DNA from: an uncultured Actinomycetes bacterium
Lineage (GTDB): Bacteria; Actinomycetota; Actinomycetes; Nanopelagicales; Nanopelagicaceae
Length of the DNA: 64,000 nucleotides
Direction of reading: 5' to 3'
Assembly (NCBI GenBank): GCA_903838035.1
Contig: CAILWW010000096.1
Span: 14,280-78,279, forward strand
Shown here piece after piece: positions 59,979 to 64,000 of the stretch. The notes beneath the pieces are model-generated. The model was not told the origin of the DNA. It made no database searches and worked only from the letters and a program-made list of their open reading frames with translations. The stretch's first letter is position 1; every line of letters starts with the position of its first letter. Both the position numbers and the translations under genes were made by a program.

Positions 59979-60512
59979 ATGGCTAAAGCATTTAAGAAGA
60001 TGGCAAATTACCTCGGACTTGTGGATGACGAGGAGCTAGAAGAGTCCTTAGTTGAAGTTGCGGTTCAAGAGCCACGTCGCGGTTTTCGCGCGCTCTCGCA
60101 TTCTCGTCATGAAGATACAACCGAACTTCCTTCATATATGCGCCCTGCAAATCCGGCAGCAGCAGGTGTAACTCCTGTTCACACCTCCATCAGTCGTCCA
60201 GCTCCGGTCGCCGCAGCTACGACCTCAGCGCCAATGGATCGCATCGTCACCATTCAACCTCGCGTCTACGCAGATGTGCGCGCAGTGGGCGAGCAGTATC
60301 GCAATGGGCAACCTGTGATTATGAACCTCAGCGATGTCGATGAGAGTGAATGCAAACGTTTTGTTGATTTCGCATCTGGTTTGGTCTTTGGTCACTATGG
60401 AAAAATTGAGAGAGTAACCTCAAAGGTCTTTCTTTTGACTCCAGCGAATGTTGCGGTCACCACCGATAGCAATTCATCTGGCGGTCAATCCACTTTCTTT
60501 AACCAGAGCTGA
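59979..60512 (+). CDS. sepF: Cell division protein SepF
   Basis: N-terminal amphipathic KKM..YLGL and C-terminal VIMNL...KR.VDFASGL...G.IERV..KVFLLTP. Confidence 0.93.
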   Translation: MAKAFKKMANYLGLVDDEELEESLVEVAVQEPRRGFRALSHSRHEDTTELPSYMRPANPAAAGVTPVHTSISRPAPVAAATTSAPMDRIVTIQPRVYADVRAVGEQYRNGQPVIMNLSDVDESECKRFVDFASGLVFGHYGKIERVTSKVFLLTPANVAVTTDSNSSGGQSTFFNQS

Positions 60513-60517
60513 CGCTG

Positions 60518-60805
60518 ATGCCAGCCATTGGCAGTCTGCTCTATTCGATAATCCAACTATTCGTTCTACTTCTCTTCGCCCGAGTAATTTTGGATTACGC
60601 ACGTATGTTTGCTCCGCAGTGGAGACCAAGAGGGATTGTCCTTGTGCTTGCCGAATTTGTTTACGGGATTACTGATCCAGTAATGAGAACCGTGCGTAGA
60701 TTTATTCCACCGCTTCGCATTGGTCCGGTTGCAGTTGATTTATCTTTTATCGTTGTCTTGGTCGCTGCCCAATTAATTGGACGCCTAGTTTTAACTATTG
60801 CTTAA
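60518..60805 (+). CDS. yggT: YggT-family membrane protein (SepG/YlmG)
   Basis: ITDP....RR.IPPLRIG...DLS motif. Confidence 0.92.
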   Translation: MPAIGSLLYSIIQLFVLLLFARVILDYARMFAPQWRPRGIVLVLAEFVYGITDPVMRTVRRFIPPLRIGPVAVDLSFIVVLVAAQLIGRLVLTIA

Positions 60806-60808
60806 CTA

Positions 60809-63800
60809 TTAGATGGCTTTAGAAAGCTTGAGCCAGAGATCAATCTCTCGCCCAGCAAAATCACTTTCGCCCTCAACTTTAGTGAAGGAGAGCGCTAAGA
60901 CTTCTTCACCGATGAGCGCTTGATTGCGCTCTAAAGCTTGCACAATATTTGCCGGGCCAGACCATGAGACGTGGATACGGTCGCTGATATCAAAGCCAGA
61001 TTGTTTGCGCTCTTCTTGAATTGCGCGGATTATTTCGCGAGCCAGGCCCGCCTCGATGAGTTCAGGAGAGAGTTCCAAATCCAACGCCAAGCTCTCACCG
61101 GAGTGAGTCGCGACTGACCAACCTGCTTTTGGAGTCTCAGTTACGACTAAATCCTCGAGCGTGAGAGTGGCGCTCTTGTCGCCATCATATGAAAGTGATG
61201 CGGATGCGTTAGCGCGAAGCTCCTTCACTAGTGTGGCTGCATCAGAAGTTGCAATCGCCTTTGCGATCGCTTGGACATCTGCGCCATAGCGGGCACCAAT
61301 ACTTTTGAAGTTTGCCTTGATCGAGATACTCACTAAGTCGGCGCCAGCACTGGAAATATCATCTAATTTCAGGACATTGAGTTCATCAGCAACATGCGAA
61401 GCAATTTCCGGATCTACTTGAGACCAACCTGGCGCTGCGACAAGAGCACGGCTCAGTGGCTGTCTTATTTTAATTTTAGACTCAGCTCGGGCAGAACGAC
61501 CGAGTTCTACAAGCCGGCGAGTGAGCTGAACCGAATCGGAAAGCGCGAGGTCAATCTCGCTTGGATTAGAGATCGGGAAATCAGAGAGATGGACGGAGAG
61601 TTTCTCATTTCCGTCGGCCACGCGAACAAACTCTTGCCAGACGTGCTCGGTTATAAAAGGAACCATCGGTGCCATCAGCAGAGTGAGTTGTTTGATGCAG
61701 CGATAGAGAGTGTGAAGCGCGGCTGCATCACCATCCCAAAAGCGGCGACGAGAACGGCGAACGTACCAGTTAGATAAGTCATCAATAAATTTTGCGATTA
61801 GGCGTCCGGCATCTTGCGAGTCATAACCTTGGTATGCGGCATCCACGCCAGCTATGAGGGAATTAAGTTCAGAGATGATCCATCGATCAAGAGTGGTTAG
61901 CTCGCTAGTTGGAGTTTCCAGCGTGAAGTTTGCCGCTTTTGCGTAGAGGGTAAAGAAAGAGATTGTGTTCCAGTAGGTAAGTAGCGTCTTTCGTACGACA
62001 TCCGAGATCGCATCATGCCCAACGCGTCTGGCGCTCCACGGCGATCCAGCAGCCAGCATGTACCAACGAACCGCATCTGCGCCATGTTGGTCCATCAAGG
62101 CGACCGGCTCGAGCACATTGCCTAAGTGCTTGCTCATCTTGCGTCCATCTTTATCCAAGATATGACCAAGGCAGAGCACTGTCTCGTAGGAACTTTGGTC
62201 AAAGACCAGCGTGCCAATTGTCATCAGGGTGTAGAACCAGCCACGAGTTTGGTCAATCGCTTCTGCGATGAAGTCAGCCGGGTAGGAGGTCTGGAACTTT
62301 TCCAGCGAACCCTCTTTGTGCGGATAGCCCCATTGCGCAAATGGCATAGATCCAGAGTCATACCAACAGTCGATAACTTCTGGAACCCGATTCATTACTT
62401 CGGAACATTGTGCGCAGGCAAATGTAATGTCATCAACAAATGGGCGATGCGGGTCAGTCCCGCTGAGTTCTTGACCAGCGAGCGAGCCGAGTTCGGCAAG
62501 TGAGCCAATGCAAATCTCGTGTTTATTGGTACATCGCCAAATGGGAAGGGGAGTACCCCAATACCTATTTCGGGAGACCGCCCAATCAATATTATTGGTG
62601 AGCCAATCGCCATATCGACCGGTCTTGATGGTCTCTGGATGCCAATCGGTTTTCTGGTTCTCGCGTAGGAGCGCATCTTTAATCAATGTGGTCTTGATAT
62701 ACCAAGAGGGTTGTGCGTAATAAATCAGAACTGTGTGGCAGCGCCAACAATGTGGATAGGAGTGCTCATATTGGGTGTGCTTAAACATCAAGCCGCGGGA
62801 CTTTAGATCCTTGATCAGTGGCTTATCGGCATCCTTGAAGAAGAGCCCGCCAATCTCAGGGATGGAATCAACAAAGGTGCCATCTGGATTAACTGGATTT
62901 ACCACTGGCAAGTTGTAGGAGCGGCAGATGATTAAGTCATCGGCGCCAAAGGCTGGAGCTTGATGTACTAAACCGGTTCCATCTTCCACGGTGACATAAT
63001 CGGCAAGCACGATGAAATGTGAATCAGGAATTTCTAGGTAATCAAACGGCCGCGAGTAGGTCGTGCGCTCGAGTTCGGAACCTGAGAACGTTGCCAAGAC
63101 TTTCTGCTCTCCGCCCAGCACGTGGGCGAGATTTGAAGCAATGACTAGTCGTTCACTCTTATCTTCAACAGTCAGCTCAATTACTTGGTATTCAACTTTC
63201 GGGTTAACTGCGATTGCAGTATTTGAAACCAAGGTCCATGGAGTTGTGGTCCAGACCAAGAAGCTTGCGCCAAGTTCAGCAACCTTGCCGGAGGTGGCAG
63301 GAAATCGAACATAGACCGACGGATCTGTAACGGTCTCATAACCTTGGGCGAGTTCGTGATCGGAGAGACCGGTACCGCAGCGAGGGCAATACGGCGCAAC
63401 TCGGTGATCCTGAACAAGTAGGCCTTTATTCCAAATCTGTTGGAGCGACCACCAGACGCTCTCTACATATTCACTCGACATGGTCCAATAAGCTTCATCG
63501 AAATCAACCCAGAAGCCCATTCGTCTGGTCATTGTGGTGAAGGCATCTACGTGACGTTGTACGGATTCGCGACACTTCTCATTGAAGGCAGCAATGCCAT
63601 ATTTTTCAATATCGCCTTTACCACTAAAGCCAAGTTCCTTCTCAACTGCAATCTCAACTGGCAAACCATGGCAATCCCAGCCAGCTTTACGAACAACTTG
63701 GTTGCCCTTCATTGTCTGAAAACGTGGGAAGAGATCCTTGAAAACTCGCGCCTCAATATGGTGCGTGCCGGGCATGCCATTGGCGGTAGGAGGGCCTTCA

Positions 63801-63949
63801 TAGAAGGTCCAGGAAGGAGCGCCATCGCGCGCGGCAACGGTCGCAGCAAAAACCTGTTGGGTCTCCCAGAAATTGAGAATTTCGTGTTCAACGGTCGGAA
63901 GGTCAATAGCGGGAGCGAGGCTCTTAAATTCGCCTAGCTTCTGATTCAC
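60809..63949 (-). CDS. ileS: Isoleucyl-tRNA synthetase, type 2 (IleRS2)
   Basis: EGPPTANG.PGTHH, GWDCHGLPVE, WTTTPWTL, DQTRGWF, KMSKH, LSNWYVR.SRRRFW and the type-2 C-terminal domain. GTG 63949 is the likely start (ORF track gives 63985). Confidence 0.96.
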   Translation of the reverse strand: MNQKLGEFKSLAPAIDLPTVEHEILNFWETQQVFAATVAARDGAPSWTFYEGPPTANGMPGTHHIEARVFKDLFPRFQTMKGNQVVRKAGWDCHGLPVEIAVEKELGFSGKGDIEKYGIAAFNEKCRESVQRHVDAFTTMTRRMGFWVDFDEAYWTMSSEYVESVWWSLQQIWNKGLLVQDHRVAPYCPRCGTGLSDHELAQGYETVTDPSVYVRFPATSGKVAELGASFLVWTTTPWTLVSNTAIAVNPKVEYQVIELTVEDKSERLVIASNLAHVLGGEQKVLATFSGSELERTTYSRPFDYLEIPDSHFIVLADYVTVEDGTGLVHQAPAFGADDLIICRSYNLPVVNPVNPDGTFVDSIPEIGGLFFKDADKPLIKDLKSRGLMFKHTQYEHSYPHCWRCHTVLIYYAQPSWYIKTTLIKDALLRENQKTDWHPETIKTGRYGDWLTNNIDWAVSRNRYWGTPLPIWRCTNKHEICIGSLAELGSLAGQELSGTDPHRPFVDDITFACAQCSEVMNRVPEVIDCWYDSGSMPFAQWGYPHKEGSLEKFQTSYPADFIAEAIDQTRGWFYTLMTIGTLVFDQSSYETVLCLGHILDKDGRKMSKHLGNVLEPVALMDQHGADAVRWYMLAAGSPWSARRVGHDAISDVVRKTLLTYWNTISFFTLYAKAANFTLETPTSELTTLDRWIISELNSLIAGVDAAYQGYDSQDAGRLIAKFIDDLSNWYVRRSRRRFWDGDAAALHTLYRCIKQLTLLMAPMVPFITEHVWQEFVRVADGNEKLSVHLSDFPISNPSEIDLALSDSVQLTRRLVELGRSARAESKIKIRQPLSRALVAAPGWSQVDPEIASHVADELNVLKLDDISSAGADLVSISIKANFKSIGARYGADVQAIAKAIATSDAATLVKELRANASASLSYDGDKSATLTLEDLVVTETPKAGWSVATHSGESLALDLELSPELIEAGLAREIIRAIQEERKQSGFDISDRIHVSWSGPANIVQALERNQALIGEEVLALSFTKVEGESDFAGREIDLWLKLSKAI

Positions 63950-64000
63950 GCCTAGCCGCCTCTCGTGCCGATTGGGATTATTCAAGAATAAGGTTGGAGT

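Noticed and set aside
63950-64000. Possible T-box riboswitch upstream of ileS
   Set aside because: Only ~50 nt are available and no GGUGG.ACCGCG T-box sequence is visible; cannot be supported from this window.
1-64000. Prophage, IS element, integron or defence island
   Set aside because: No integrase, transposase or phage genes, no tRNA attachment sites and no obvious compositional break; nearly all bases are accounted for by housekeeping genes.

Overview
A tightly packed core-chromosome segment (~50% GC, very short or negative intergenic distances) with a clearly actinobacterial gene set: sepH, pknL-type PASTA kinase, class II DAHP synthase, glgM/glgC, the mraW RNA motif and type 2 IleRS. 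The compact layout and carotenoid genes suggest a streamlined freshwater lineage such as acI/Ca. Nanopelagicales (inference). In order it holds: the 5' end of a gyrase/topo IV A subunit; pseudouridine catabolism genes; sepH; rplS-lepB-rnhB-yraN-comM-dprA-era; glycogen and glycolysis genes; ogt and nfo; a pnuC-family transporter plus a P-loop kinase; crtE/crtI/crtB split by a purine-salvage cassette; a carotenoid-tailoring operon; a LexA-box-controlled DUF6504-dnaE2-dinB cassette; the dcw cluster from mraZ to yggT with no divIVA; and ileS. I found no mobile elements, CRISPR arrays, tRNAs or rRNAs. The most novel-looking element is a TPP-riboswitch variant at ~23822-23906 (minus strand). It keeps the aminopyrimidine-sensing half, but the pyrophosphate-sensing internal loop is replaced by a continuous helix. 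It sits in front of the pnuC-kinase pair, suggesting a riboswitch with altered ligand specificity controlling an uptake-and-trap vitamin salvage module. All calls come from reading the sequence and recalling motifs; no database searches were run.
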